Below, in pieces: positions 1-10,604 of a stretch of 64,000 nt of DNA. Under the pieces are notes generated by a model that was not told the origin of the DNA, searched no databases, and was given only the letters and a program-made list of their open reading frames with translations. Both the position numbers and the translations under genes were made by a program. The stretch's first letter is position 1. Each line of letters starts with the position of its first letter. This DNA comes from Candidatus Poribacteria bacterium (lineage in GTDB: Bacteria > Poribacteria > WGA-4E > WGA-3G), in NCBI GenBank assembly GCA_965197475.1, contig CBDANF010000003.1:3072001-3136000 (forward strand). Direction: 5' to 3'.

Positions 1-2
1 GA

Positions 3-788
3 AGCGACGCACACACACTTGCCGCTGTTGTTGAGTTAATCCATGTTGCATCCCTTGTTCACGATGATGTTCTTGATGAAGCGGCAATCCGCCGCGGTCG
101 TGAAACATTGCAGACAAAATGGGGCAATAAGGTTGCTGTGCTTGTTGGCGACTATCTACATGCACGCGTGCTATCAATGCTTGTGTCTCGCCGTGCAGAT
201 GATCCCGCAATGGCGATACTTGCTGACACCACGCAGGCAATGTGTGAAGGTGAAGTAATACATGCCTACAAAAGCGGTGATTTCGATATATCCGAAGACG
301 AATACCTTAAGATTATCAGTTTCAAAACTGGAAAACTGATTGCTGCCTCTTGCACTCTCGGTGCACACTTAGGGAAAAACGATCAACAGACAGATGCCCT
401 CACAACTTACGGTCAGCAAATTGGAACAGCCTTTCAAATCGTAGATGATCTGCTTGATTTCGTAGAAGACTCTGAGAAATTGGGAAAAAATGCCTTCGGT
501 GATCTTCGCGAAGGGAAACTTACCTTTCCTATTATACATACCCGAAAGGTATGTGATGACGATGAAAAACAGACACTTGAAAAAGTGCTAAATCCTAACA
601 GCGATGAAACCGAGGCTATTACCTTTGTAGAATCTTTATTCCAAAAATACCATGTTGAAACCGACTGTTTGAAAGTTGCCCAAGGATACGCAGACCGGGC
701 AAAAGCGGCTTTGGTAACGGTTCCACAATCAGATGCACGGATTGCTTTAGAAAACCTTGCGGATTATGTCGTTTCACGGGATTCATAA
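3..788 (+). CDS. Polyprenyl diphosphate synthase (IspB/HepT family), 5' end outside the window
   Basis: The frame is open from base 3. It shows ELIHVASLVHDDVLD..RRG (first Asp-rich motif), KTG, FQIVDDLLD (second motif) and DLREGKLT. Confidence 0.93.
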   Translation, partial: SDAHTLAAVVELIHVASLVHDDVLDEAAIRRGRETLQTKWGNKVAVLVGDYLHARVLSMLVSRRADDPAMAILADTTQAMCEGEVIHAYKSGDFDISEDEYLKIISFKTGKLIAASCTLGAHLGKNDQQTDALTTYGQQIGTAFQIVDDLLDFVEDSEKLGKNAFGDLREGKLTFPIIHTRKVCDDDEKQTLEKVLNPNSDETEAITFVESLFQKYHVETDCLKVAQGYADRAKAALVTVPQSDARIALENLADYVVSRDS

Positions 789-861
789 GTAATAGGAAAC
801 GTTATATAATTTCTCATTTTAAAGAGTTCCCAATCTAATACCCCATTTTAAAGAATTCGCG

Positions 862-2022
862 ATGTTTTATCCGGTGTACATAAATCTTCAAAATAGAAAA
901 TGTCTTGTTGTTGGTGGCGGCACTGTTGCTGAACGAAAAGTTGTCTCTATGCTCATAAGTGGTGGCGACGTGACTGTAATTAGCCCCGATGCCACCGAAT
1001 TGGTAACCTTCCTTGCAGAAATAGGAACAATTCGTTGGCACAAACGGCAGTTGAAAATAGGCGATACGCACGGGTATTCTCTTGTCTGTGCCGCAACCGA
1101 TTGGACTGCAATTAACACCGCAGTATACACCGAAGCACACGAAAAAAACAGAATCCGCTTAGTCAATGTGGTGGACGTTATTCCGCAATGCACCTTCGCT
1201 GCAGCCTCTGTTGTAACGGATGGTGAAATCATGATCAGCATCTCAACCAGCGGCAAAAGCCCCGCGACGAGTCGGCGTATCCGAGAGCATTTTGAAGAGA
1301 TGGTAAACACGTCATCTTTATATACGCTTGGATACGAAAATGGGGAACCAGTACCAATTGAAAATCTTGGGTTGCCCTATCCGGTTTATCTCCTATTGGA
1401 AAATAGGAAATGTGTAGTTTTGTGTCAGGAAGAAACAGTAGAAATCAAACAGCGGGTATTACTACTTCGGCAATGTGGTGGTGATGTTTTATGTATGAAT
1501 TCTAACAACGTAAAATCTCAGAATATTGAAGACGCTTTTCTTGTTATCTCCGCAGAAAGGTCTCTTTTAGATATTCCGCTTGAGGATGGTGTTGGATTTA
1601 TCCATGAATTTCTTGATGAGCCAAGTGCAGGAACACACTTCACACCGCATCTTGTCATAGATGATAACCTCATAATAAGCATATCCGCAAGGAGCAGTAC
1701 GGGTGCTGAAAAAGCGGAATGTCTCTATAGAAAACTATTGAATAAATTTGAAAATAAAGGTTACGGTGCCTTTATTGATCTTCTTGGCACACGCCGTCCG
1801 GAGGTTCTCAAAACTTTTCCTACGTCAAAGATGCGTGGCGATTTTTTTGAGGCACTCATCGGATACGTTGCTGATAGCCCGCAATCGGAAACATGTTGCT
1901 TAAGCCTCACGAACCCCGATTGTTCCGCCGAATGCCTTTTCAATTGGGTGCGACACGGCAAAAATGAACATGCCAACAACTTTATATCTGATCTATTAAG
2001 CACTCATCGTGCAAACCTATAA
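862..2022 (+). CDS. Precorrin-2 dehydrogenase/sirohydrochlorin ferrochelatase (SirC/Met8/CysG-N family) with internal duplication
   Basis: YPVYINLQNRKCLVVGGGTVAERK Rossmann start, VNVVD and ISISTSGKSP motifs. A second YPVYLLLENRKC copy follows. It sits at the head of the hem operon. Confidence 0.88.
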   Translation: MFYPVYINLQNRKCLVVGGGTVAERKVVSMLISGGDVTVISPDATELVTFLAEIGTIRWHKRQLKIGDTHGYSLVCAATDWTAINTAVYTEAHEKNRIRLVNVVDVIPQCTFAAASVVTDGEIMISISTSGKSPATSRRIREHFEEMVNTSSLYTLGYENGEPVPIENLGLPYPVYLLLENRKCVVLCQEETVEIKQRVLLLRQCGGDVLCMNSNNVKSQNIEDAFLVISAERSLLDIPLEDGVGFIHEFLDEPSAGTHFTPHLVIDDNLIISISARSSTGAEKAECLYRKLLNKFENKGYGAFIDLLGTRRPEVLKTFPTSKMRGDFFEALIGYVADSPQSETCCLSLTNPDCSAECLFNWVRHGKNEHANNFISDLLSTHRANL

Positions 2023-2039
2023 CTAATATTGGTAAAACC

Positions 2040-2879
2040 ATGCAATTTCTATTTCTCCTGACCGTTTTAATATATTTAGCCACAAGCATTTTTCAGATCC
2101 TTTCACTAGCTATCGGAAATCGTACTGAAGCATCAGTTATTCGCCCAACAATTGTACGTATTGCCTTTTGGGGTACAATCCTTGGATTTGCCTTGTTAAC
2201 ACTTTTTATTATACTCTGGTGGTCACTGCAAGGGCATTTTCCGATGACACACTGGACAGACTCAACCGCCTTATTTGCATGGGCAATCACGTTAATTTAT
2301 TTGATTATCATCCGTTTAACAGACCTACGCGCCCTCGGTAGTTTCGTTATGCCAGTCGCATTCATTGCAATCCTGATTTCGTATAGTTTCTCTGTAGACA
2401 CCTCAACACCTTCAGAACTCTTGAAAACCTACTGGATAATCCCTCACGTCACACTCATTATTCTCGCCTATGCGGCATTTATCGCCGCATTCGGATTTGG
2501 GTTGATGTATCTGATGGCAGAAAAGAAAATTCGCGAAAAGACACATAGCCCTTTCCACAATTTGCTGCCTTCCCTCGGCATTTCCGATGAATTCGGGTAT
2601 CGTTGTACAATACTTGGTGTAATTCTGTTTACGATGGGAGTCATCATTGGGAGTCTCTGGACACAATATATTCAAGAACTACCTTGGAAATGGTTAGATC
2701 CAAAGGTTATCTCCACGTTGATAACATGGTTAATCTATGTTGCACAAATCGGGATACGCCAATTTTGGGGGTGGCGAGGTAGAAAAGCGGCGTATGCGTC
2801 AATCATCGGTTTCATCGCTTTCCTCTGTAATTTTGTCGGGGTTGACATCTTTTTGGAAAGCATGCATGAATTCCAGTAA
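2040..2879 (+). CDS. Cytochrome c biogenesis CcsA/HemX-family membrane protein
   Basis: Multiple TM helices, IPHVT His, GSLW...W.WLDPK..STLITWLIY (WWD-like) and GWRGRKAA. It lies directly upstream of hemA. Confidence 0.88.
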   Translation: MQFLFLLTVLIYLATSIFQILSLAIGNRTEASVIRPTIVRIAFWGTILGFALLTLFIILWWSLQGHFPMTHWTDSTALFAWAITLIYLIIIRLTDLRALGSFVMPVAFIAILISYSFSVDTSTPSELLKTYWIIPHVTLIILAYAAFIAAFGFGLMYLMAEKKIREKTHSPFHNLLPSLGISDEFGYRCTILGVILFTMGVIIGSLWTQYIQELPWKWLDPKVISTLITWLIYVAQIGIRQFWGWRGRKAAYASIIGFIAFLCNFVGVDIFLESMHEFQ

Positions 2880-2977
2880 GATGAAAAAAATTCTGTTTTG
2901 ACATCTATCCTAATGTGTGATATAATTACCTCAAATTGTGGATATGTCGCATTTTTAGATACTGTTGAAGTAAAAAA

Positions 2978-4279
2978 ATGAATCATATTGTTTCCATCGG
3001 AACAAGCCACCATATCGCTCCCATTGAATTCAGGGAAAAACTGGCATTTTCCGAAGAACAACTCATCGAATCCCTCCACTCTCTTCGTGAATCTTATCAG
3101 GTTCAAGAGGCAGTGATCCTTTCTACTTGCAACCGTGTTGAAGTTTTTGCGGTTGCGAATTCACGCCGCGCTGCCGAGACACCCGGTAAAACACTGATGG
3201 AATTCCTGTCAAACTATCATCGGGTCGGTGTGGACACACTTAAAAAATGGAGTTATCTTCACCACGGCTTAGAGACAATCCGCCATCTCTTCAGAGTCAC
3301 TGCGAGTCTTGATTCCATGGTAGTTGGTGAATCCCAAATCGTCGGTCAGGTTAAAGAGGCTTACGATATATCACGTTCAGCAGGCGGAGCGGGTGTCATC
3401 CTAAATCGTCTTTTTACCAAGGCGTTCAGCGTCGGTAAACGGATTCGGTCTGAAACAACTATTGCTGCGGGAGCTGTCTCTATTAGTTACGCCGCTGTTG
3501 AACTTGCCAAAAAAATCTTCAATACGTTGGAAAACAAGACGGTCGCGATTATTGGTGCAGGTGAAATGAGTGAGTTGACAGCAAAACATCTTGTCGCTAA
3601 CGGTGTTTCAAAAGTTATCGTTGCAAATCGCACCTATGAACGCGCTGTCAAAATTGCCGAAAAATTTAAAGGAACTCCTTTCGCTTATGAGAATGACCTT
3701 GAGTTTCTGATTGATGCTGACATTGTTATTAGTTCCACGAATGCTTCCGATTACCTTATCAAACGTAAACCTCTTGCTGATATTATGAGGAAACGCAAGC
3801 ACCGGTATATGTTTCTCATTGACATCGCTGTTCCCCGTGACATTGATCCAGACGTAAGCAAAATTGACCATGCCTTTTTGTATAACATTGATGATTTGGA
3901 AACTGTCGTTGCCTCTAACCTCAAAGAACGGCAACAGGAGGCGGTTCGCGCTGAGCAGATTGTCTCGGAAGAGGCAAGACGGTTCCATGACCAATTGCAA
4001 ATTCTTGAAGTCAACCCCACCATTAAAGCACTGCATCAGCAGTTTCAGCTGATAGCCGAAACCGAACTCAAAGCGTGCATCGGTAAAACTATGTTGTCGG
4101 ACACACAAGAAGAAGTCGTTGCATCTATGACGCAGGCAATAGTCAAAAAACTCCTCCATCACCCAATAGAAAATTTACGCCACGCAGTCAACGACGGTAA
4201 TGCCGATCACGGGCAGTATGTTCATGCACTGCAAGAACTGTTCGCGTTAGATGATAATGACGATAAGGAACAGGAATGA
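2978..4279 (+). CDS. hemA: Glutamyl-tRNA reductase
   Basis: LSTCNRVE catalytic motif, SLDSMVVGESQI, IIGAGEM and DIAVPRDID. Confidence 0.98.
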   Translation: MNHIVSIGTSHHIAPIEFREKLAFSEEQLIESLHSLRESYQVQEAVILSTCNRVEVFAVANSRRAAETPGKTLMEFLSNYHRVGVDTLKKWSYLHHGLETIRHLFRVTASLDSMVVGESQIVGQVKEAYDISRSAGGAGVILNRLFTKAFSVGKRIRSETTIAAGAVSISYAAVELAKKIFNTLENKTVAIIGAGEMSELTAKHLVANGVSKVIVANRTYERAVKIAEKFKGTPFAYENDLEFLIDADIVISSTNASDYLIKRKPLADIMRKRKHRYMFLIDIAVPRDIDPDVSKIDHAFLYNIDDLETVVASNLKERQQEAVRAEQIVSEEARRFHDQLQILEVNPTIKALHQQFQLIAETELKACIGKTMLSDTQEEVVASMTQAIVKKLLHHPIENLRHAVNDGNADHGQYVHALQELFALDDNDDKEQE

Positions 4280-5190
4280 ACAGCTCAGTTACAATCGGCA
4301 CGCGTGGTAGTCAACTCGCCCTTTGGCAAGCACAATATGTTGAACGACAATTAGCGCGCCATTTCCCTGATCTTAAGGTTGACCTCAAGATTATCAAAAC
4401 CACCGGAGATACTATCCAAGATCGTTCTTTACTTGGACTTGGAAAAGGTATTTTTACCAAAGAGATAGAAATCGCGCTTTTAAATGGTGACATAGACCTC
4501 GCTGTTCATAGCCTCAAAGATCTCCCTACAGAATTGCCAGAAGGACTTTGTATCGCCGCTATCCCCAAGCGGGAGGATCCGCGCGATGTGCTTGTTACCT
4601 CCACTGGATTTCCTTTAGAAGATTTGCTGAACGGTGCTAAAATTGGCACCACAAGCCCACGGCGAAAGTCACAAATCCTCCACATACGTCCCGATTTGCA
4701 AGTTGTTGATGTCCGAGGTAATGTGGATACTCGGTTACAGAAACTTCATGAAACAGACCTTGATGGGATTATCCTTGCTGCCGCTGGAATTAAACGTCTC
4801 TTCAAGCGGGAGATTATCACCCAATATTTTGATACAGAGCAGATGGTTCCCGCAGTCGGTCAAGGTGCCTTGGCTATTGAAGCACGTGAAGGCGATAGTG
4901 TTGTTATGAATCTACTCGCGCCACTAAACGATAGTGAGACAACAGCTGAGATTACCGCTGAGAGAGCAGTTTTGGAGAGCCTTGGCGGTGGATGCCAAGT
5001 ACCGATTGGTGCGTATGCTAAACTTGTTAATAATGATGAACTTTCACTCATTGGTACTGTATGTCATCCTGAAGGTAAACTACGTATAGTGGAAAGAACT
5101 ACAGGAAAGTTAGACAATGCGAAGCGTTTAGGGATAATCGTCGCCGAAAAACTGCGTAATAGCGGTGCGAATGAATTATTGAAAGCATAA
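4276..5190 (+). CDS. hemC: Hydroxymethylbilane synthase (porphobilinogen deaminase)
   Basis: IGTRGSQLALWQA, AVHSLKDLP, RGNVDTRL and GGCQVPIG. Confidence 0.98.
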   Translation: MNSSVTIGTRGSQLALWQAQYVERQLARHFPDLKVDLKIIKTTGDTIQDRSLLGLGKGIFTKEIEIALLNGDIDLAVHSLKDLPTELPEGLCIAAIPKREDPRDVLVTSTGFPLEDLLNGAKIGTTSPRRKSQILHIRPDLQVVDVRGNVDTRLQKLHETDLDGIILAAAGIKRLFKREIITQYFDTEQMVPAVGQGALAIEAREGDSVVMNLLAPLNDSETTAEITAERAVLESLGGGCQVPIGAYAKLVNNDELSLIGTVCHPEGKLRIVERTTGKLDNAKRLGIIVAEKLRNSGANELLKA

Positions 5191-5206
5191 TAGAACGGTT
5201 TAAAAG

Positions 5207-6796
5207 ATGTCTTTAAACTCAACACACCCTGGTATTGTTTACATTGTGGGAGCCGGTCCAGGTGATAAAAAACTTATTACCCTAAAAGGATTAGAGTGTC
5301 TACAGCGAGCCGATGTAGTTATTTATGATCTGTTGTTAAATGACGCGTTACTGGAACATTGTCCTGAACACACCGAAAAGATCAAAGCACCCGACCCGAG
5401 AATCCGCACTACGCGCCAAGCTGAACTCAATCATTTGCTTGTTGAGCACGCTAAAGCTGGTAAAGTCGTTGTCCGTCTAAAGGGTGGCGACCCTTATATC
5501 TTCGGACGCGGAGGCGAGGAAGCGATGGCACTTGCCGAAGTAGGCATCCCGTTTGAAATTGTTCCGGGTGTTACCGCTGCAATTGCTGCGTCTGCATACG
5601 CCGGAATTCCGGTTACGCATCGAGACTACGCTTCGTCGGTTGCTTTTGTCACAGGTCATTCCGCTGCATTGCACCCCGATTCAAATATCAAATGGGAATC
5701 TCTCGCGACAGCTGTAGACACCCTTGTCGTCTATATGGGCGTTGCGCACCTCCGCCAGATTGTGGAACGTTTAACAGCTCACGGCAGAGCTCCACAAACC
5801 CCCGTGAGTTTGGTACGTGTCGGAACAACACCTCAACAATTTGTAGTCCAAGGCACCCTTGCAGATATTGTGGAAAAAGTTGAGACAATTCAACTGAAAA
5901 GCCCTGCAATAATCGTTGTGGGAGAGGTGAACCGACTGCGCGAACAACTTCAATGGTTTGACACTAAGCCCCTCTTCGGAAACCGTATCCTTGTTACACG
6001 TGCCCGTGCACAAGCAAGCGAATTCGCAGACCTTTTAGAGACAAAAGGTGCCGAAGTTATCCAATTTCCCACTATAGAAATTCACCCTATAACGGATGCT
6101 CCTCAAAAACTTGTAGCACAAGGTCCCCGTGCCTCAGCACAAAATCAATTGAACATTACCGAAACAATTGATATGTTGGAGGAATACGATTGGGTTATCT
6201 TTACAAGTGTCAATGCTGTTGAGATATACTATGAACGTTTACGAGAAAAAGGAAAGGACGCGCGAGTTTTCAGAGGAAGCAGCATTTGTGCAATTGGACC
6301 GAAAACGGTTGATGCACTAAACAACATCGGTATTCATCCCGATTTTGTGCCTTCACATTCCAGCGGACGAGTTGTTGCAACAGAAATTGAAAATGTGCAA
6401 GGTAAGAAAATTTTGCTCCCGCGAGCGAAGATCGCCACTGCTGACCTGCCTAACACCTTGCGCGAGAGAGGCGCGCATGTTGATGATGTTCCTCTTTACG
6501 ATACCGTCAAAGTGAAAAGCGAACACAGCGACGCTATCGAAAAAGATTTGTTGGATGGCAGAATTGACTACGTTACGTTTACAAGTTCCTCTACCGTTAA
6601 AAACTTTCTTGAGATGTTCCCAACACATTCGGCTAAGGATTTGTTGGAAAATGTTCAAGTTGCAGTTATTGGTCCAACAACAGAAGCAACGGCGAAGGAA
6701 CATGGCATGCGCGTTGATGTAATAGCGAAGGCAGCCTCAGTAGAGAGTCTTGTGGAAGCGATAATTGTTGTGTCATATAAAAATCCATTGCCATAG
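5207..6796 (+). CDS. cobA: Fused uroporphyrinogen-III C-methyltransferase / uroporphyrinogen-III synthase (CobA-HemD)
   Basis: VGAGPGD and RLKGGDPYIFGRGGEE (SUMT), then ILVTRA, VIFTSVNAV, FTSSSTV and IGPTT (HemD). Confidence 0.96.
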   Translation: MSLNSTHPGIVYIVGAGPGDKKLITLKGLECLQRADVVIYDLLLNDALLEHCPEHTEKIKAPDPRIRTTRQAELNHLLVEHAKAGKVVVRLKGGDPYIFGRGGEEAMALAEVGIPFEIVPGVTAAIAASAYAGIPVTHRDYASSVAFVTGHSAALHPDSNIKWESLATAVDTLVVYMGVAHLRQIVERLTAHGRAPQTPVSLVRVGTTPQQFVVQGTLADIVEKVETIQLKSPAIIVVGEVNRLREQLQWFDTKPLFGNRILVTRARAQASEFADLLETKGAEVIQFPTIEIHPITDAPQKLVAQGPRASAQNQLNITETIDMLEEYDWVIFTSVNAVEIYYERLREKGKDARVFRGSSICAIGPKTVDALNNIGIHPDFVPSHSSGRVVATEIENVQGKKILLPRAKIATADLPNTLRERGAHVDDVPLYDTVKVKSEHSDAIEKDLLDGRIDYVTFTSSSTVKNFLEMFPTHSAKDLLENVQVAVIGPTTEATAKEHGMRVDVIAKAASVESLVEAIIVVSYKNPLP

Positions 6797-7062
6797 TGGG
6801 TTCTGAAGTGTTAACCTGTCAGCTCCATCTACGTTTTAATTCACTGGAAACATCCCAACCGCCGCTTGCGATAATCCTACCATTAGGACTAAATGCTACA
6901 CAAGTGACACCTTTTTCTCCCCAGTAAATTGTGTGTAGTGTGAATAGAACGAAATTTGCTTGAAAATGAATCACTGATAAATTTGTGTACATTCACAAAG
7001 CCTGGTTATGATATAATGATTCAATAGGTTTACAGTGAAACATAAAAAATTGACACTTTTTG

Positions 7063-7087
7063 GTAGGCGCGCTTTGTCAGCGCGCTG
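7063..7087 (+). repeat. GTAG-type REP-like palindrome
   Basis: gtaggcgcgctttgtcagcgcgctg. It is 23/25 identical to the reverse complement of 59506-59530. Confidence 0.7.
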
Positions 7088-7106
7088 ATAGATGGAGTAT
7101 CGTTAA

Positions 7107-8192
7107 TTGGATAATTTGCCATTTATTAAAGTTTCGGAGAAAGCGTTGATTAACGAAGCGTCCCTAAAATCACTTTTTTCAAAATTTCAAGAACTTCAAA
7201 TCCTTGTGGTAGGGGATTTTTACTTAGATGCCTACTGGTACATTGACAAAACACGCTCAGCATTGTCGCTGGAAACACCGTGGCATACCTATCCTGTTGT
7301 TGAACAACACTATAGTCCGGGTGCAGCCGGAACAGTTACAAATAATCTAAAAGCATTGGGTGTCGGAAAAGTCTATGCTTTAGGAGTTATTGGTGAAGAC
7401 GGATTTGGGGAAACACTTGTTGCGTGTTTGCAAGAAAGGGGATGCCTCACAGATTTCATGGTGCAAGTACCGAATTGGGTTACCCCTACTTATCTGAAAC
7501 CTATTCACCGAGGCTATGAGGGTGTAGAAATCGAGGGACCGCGTTTTGACATTGAAAACCAAACGCCGATGGCTGACAGTGTTGAAACTGATGTGCTGAA
7601 TGCTCTTGAAGCATGTATTCCACAAGTTGATGGAATCATCATTGGAGACCAGATGCCTCATGATAATTTGGGGGTTATCACCGACCGTGTCCGGAAAGAA
7701 TTGTGTGAATTACCCCTTTCGTATCCAGATATGATATTTTTCGCTGATTCCCGCACCCGGATTGGAACTTACCAAAACGTAATCATAAAACCAAATCGTT
7801 TTGAAGCACAACACGCACTTATTCCGAATTGGGATGGAAAAACAGTTGACCTTGAATCAGCCAAACGGTCTGCGATTGCGTTGGCAGAACAGACGCGAAA
7901 CACAGTATATGTAACACTTGGTGAAGACGGAGTAGTTGTGTATTCCAACAAAGAACTGACACATATTCCAGGAATTCAGATTGATGACAAAATTGACCCG
8001 GTTGGAGCGGGGGACAGCGTTTCTGCGGGAATAGTGTCTACGCTCTGTAGTTTAGGTGCTGAGGCTGTAGTTGAAGCCGCATATCTTGGAAATCTGGTTG
8101 CTTCAATTACCGTAACAAAAATTGGCACGACAGGAACAGCCTCACCAGAGGAAGTTCTGGAAAGGCATCGGAGTTTAAATGGACGTATTTGA
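7107..8192 (+). CDS. PfkB/RfaE(HldE)-like carbohydrate kinase
   Basis: ILVVGDFYLD, PGAAG, KPNRFEA, VTLGEDG and DPVGAGD anion-hole motif. Confidence 0.88.
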   Translation: MDNLPFIKVSEKALINEASLKSLFSKFQELQILVVGDFYLDAYWYIDKTRSALSLETPWHTYPVVEQHYSPGAAGTVTNNLKALGVGKVYALGVIGEDGFGETLVACLQERGCLTDFMVQVPNWVTPTYLKPIHRGYEGVEIEGPRFDIENQTPMADSVETDVLNALEACIPQVDGIIIGDQMPHDNLGVITDRVRKELCELPLSYPDMIFFADSRTRIGTYQNVIIKPNRFEAQHALIPNWDGKTVDLESAKRSAIALAEQTRNTVYVTLGEDGVVVYSNKELTHIPGIQIDDKIDPVGAGDSVSAGIVSTLCSLGAEAVVEAAYLGNLVASITVTKIGTTGTASPEEVLERHRSLNGRI

Positions 8193-8964
8193 AGCAATAA
8201 TACAACGTCGGAGCTATCGTGGTGAATTTCAGAATCGTCCAATTGATGAAGCTGATCTGAAAAGGCTCATCGAAGCAGCGCGATGGACACCTTCCCCTTT
8301 TAACGTTCAACCGTGGGAATTGCTCATCATTCAAGAGTCTGAAGGAAAAGATGTCCTGGCAGATATGACTGAACAGGCAATCGTTGAACAGTTCAAAGAT
8401 ACAAAGTTTCTGGAGGACAATAGTCTATGGATGTGTTTAAACGAAACGGAATGGAAAGATCGTGGAGATGGGGTGTTGCTCACAGATCATGTTATCCTAC
8501 CGAAGTTGCTTCAAGATTGTCCTGAGAAGCTGACCGGTAGCATTTTGAAGAGGTTACTAAAAAACGCGAAGTCATTAACTATTTTGGGACATCTGGGGGC
8601 AGGGAAGCTGCCTGCGAAAGAGATTGCTACACAGGTACGCGAAGCACCATTGCTGATATTGGTTACGATGAATACTAATAGACAGCCGCCAGGTGAAGGG
8701 GCTACTCGATGGATGTGGCTGAGCATGGGGATGTTAATTCAGAACATGCTTCTCGCTGCGACATCCCTGGGTATCGGTGTGCAATTTGTCAGTGCACCTT
8801 TAGAATCTGAGAAGGATCGCGAGCTTATCCGCCAACTTTTCAATATCCCTAATTATCTTGAGGTGATGACACTCTTAAGAATGGGGTACGTGAGTTCAGA
8901 GGATGGGAGTTCTGTCAGATTGAAACCGTCTGAGTTTGTTCATTTTGAAAAGATTGGGGATTAG
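8179..8964 (+). CDS. Nitroreductase family protein
   Basis: AIIQRRSYR, AARWTPSPFNVQPW and QNMLLAATSLGIG. Confidence 0.9.
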   Translation: MDVFEAIIQRRSYRGEFQNRPIDEADLKRLIEAARWTPSPFNVQPWELLIIQESEGKDVLADMTEQAIVEQFKDTKFLEDNSLWMCLNETEWKDRGDGVLLTDHVILPKLLQDCPEKLTGSILKRLLKNAKSLTILGHLGAGKLPAKEIATQVREAPLLILVTMNTNRQPPGEGATRWMWLSMGMLIQNMLLAATSLGIGVQFVSAPLESEKDRELIRQLFNIPNYLEVMTLLRMGYVSSEDGSSVRLKPSEFVHFEKIGD

Positions 8965-9535
8965 GTGCGAAGCAGTCAGGGAAACACTTCACAAGCAGAT
9001 CTACCAATCCGTACGAGTCCTCTTGTGGGAGGGCTTTGTCCGCCCGATTTATACGTGCACTCAACGGATCCGTGCCTACTACTTTTAAGGACCATTTATA
9101 GTAAAATTTAAAACACCTATACATTTTAGATTTGCGGCGTTTGTAGTCACCGAATGTCATACGGGCGGAATGCCACACGTACATTTGGCATTGATTTGGC
9201 ACATTCCCCTTAGTTATCAGCTCTATTTGTTTGCTATTCACTGCAACTCCTTTGTCAAGATCAGAAATTTTTGTACTCTGTTCCGTAAGCATTCCGCAGG
9301 TGCTGCTGTCGGATCAAGACTTGTCCTACCATATTGGATATTGTGGTCTTTACCCGTGTGCCAACCTTTGCGAGTATAGCAACATTCCATCACTTGTGCT
9401 AAACCTGGCTATTTCAGATACGCCTGTGACGAAATATTTACACGCCCTATCACACCCCAAAATTTGCAATATCCCCCCAAATATGTTAAAATATAAGGAG
9501 TCAAAAATAATGACGTAACCATTTGGAGGGAATTC

Positions 9536-10588
9536 ATGTATAAAATCGGTCTCATCCCAGGCGATGGAATCGGCCCCGAAGTAACACGTGAGGCTATGAA
9601 AGTCTTCGGGGCGGCAGCTGCACAGGAAGGAATTCAATACGAAACAGTTGAATACGATGTCGGTGGAGACCGATATCTGGCAACTGGCGAAGTGTTACCG
9701 GATTCTGTATTGGAAGAACTACGAGAACTTGATGCTATTTATCTCGGTGCAATCGGACATCCAGATGTCAAACCAGGTATTCTGGAAAAAGGCATCCTAC
9801 TAAAAGTACGGTTTGAACTTGATCTCTATATAAATCTACGTCCTGTCAAACTCTATCCGGGTGTACCTACACCGCTCAAGGACAAGGGACCCGAAGATAT
9901 TGATTTTATCATCGTTCGTGAAAATACGGAAGGACTATACGCCGGAATCGGTGGATTTTTAAAACGAGGCACCCGTGATGAAGTCGCAATTCAAGAGATG
10001 ATTAACACCTATAAAGGTGTGGAGCGATGTGTACGCTATGCGTATGAACTTACCCGGAAGCGCAACAAGGAAAACACCTTAACCCTATGCGATAAGGCAA
10101 ACGTCCTGACTTATGCACACGACTTGTGGCGGCGCGTCTTTGACGAAGTCGGAGAAGACTATCCAGATATTAAAAAGGAATACGCATTCGTTGATGCTAC
10201 GACGATGTGGATGGTCAAAAATCCAGAATGGTTTGATGTGATCGTAACCTGTAATATGTTCGGAGACATTATCACTGACCTTGGAGCGATGATTCAAGGC
10301 GGTATGGGAGTAGCAGCATCAGGTAATTTGAACCCAGAGAGTGTCGCCATGTTTGAACCGATTCACGGTTCTGCCCCACGTTATACAGGAAAAAATCAGA
10401 TTAACCCGATTGCAGCTATCGGTGCTGCAGGTATGATGCTTGACCACCTTGGACACTCTGAAGCAGCAGCTAAAGTTGAGAAATCAATCAGTGATCTACT
10501 GGCAAGCGGGAAAATTAAAGATCTGGGGGCAGGACGAATGGGATATACAACTGAAGAAGTCGGAGATCTCATCGCACAAGATTTGTAA
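9536..10588 (+). CDS. leuB: 3-isopropylmalate dehydrogenase
   Basis: [33 protein letters not shown] and FEPIHGSAP. Confidence 0.92.
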   Translation: MYKIGLIPGDGIGPEVTREAMKVFGAAAAQEGIQYETVEYDVGGDRYLATGEVLPDSVLEELRELDAIYLGAIGHPDVKPGILEKGILLKVRFELDLYINLRPVKLYPGVPTPLKDKGPEDIDFIIVRENTEGLYAGIGGFLKRGTRDEVAIQEMINTYKGVERCVRYAYELTRKRNKENTLTLCDKANVLTYAHDLWRRVFDEVGEDYPDIKKEYAFVDATTMWMVKNPEWFDVIVTCNMFGDIITDLGAMIQGGMGVAASGNLNPESVAMFEPIHGSAPRYTGKNQINPIAAIGAAGMMLDHLGHSEAAAKVEKSISDLLASGKIKDLGAGRMGYTTEEVGDLIAQDL

Positions 10589-10604
10589 GCCATTTCAATG
10601 GCTC

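Noticed and set aside
8965-9535. Long intergenic region as tmRNA, riboswitch or leu attenuator
   Set aside because: No recognisable RNA signature. It holds only degenerate REP/IS-end-like pieces (about 9024-9047 and 9097-9175) and a possible short coiled-coil gene relic on the minus strand.
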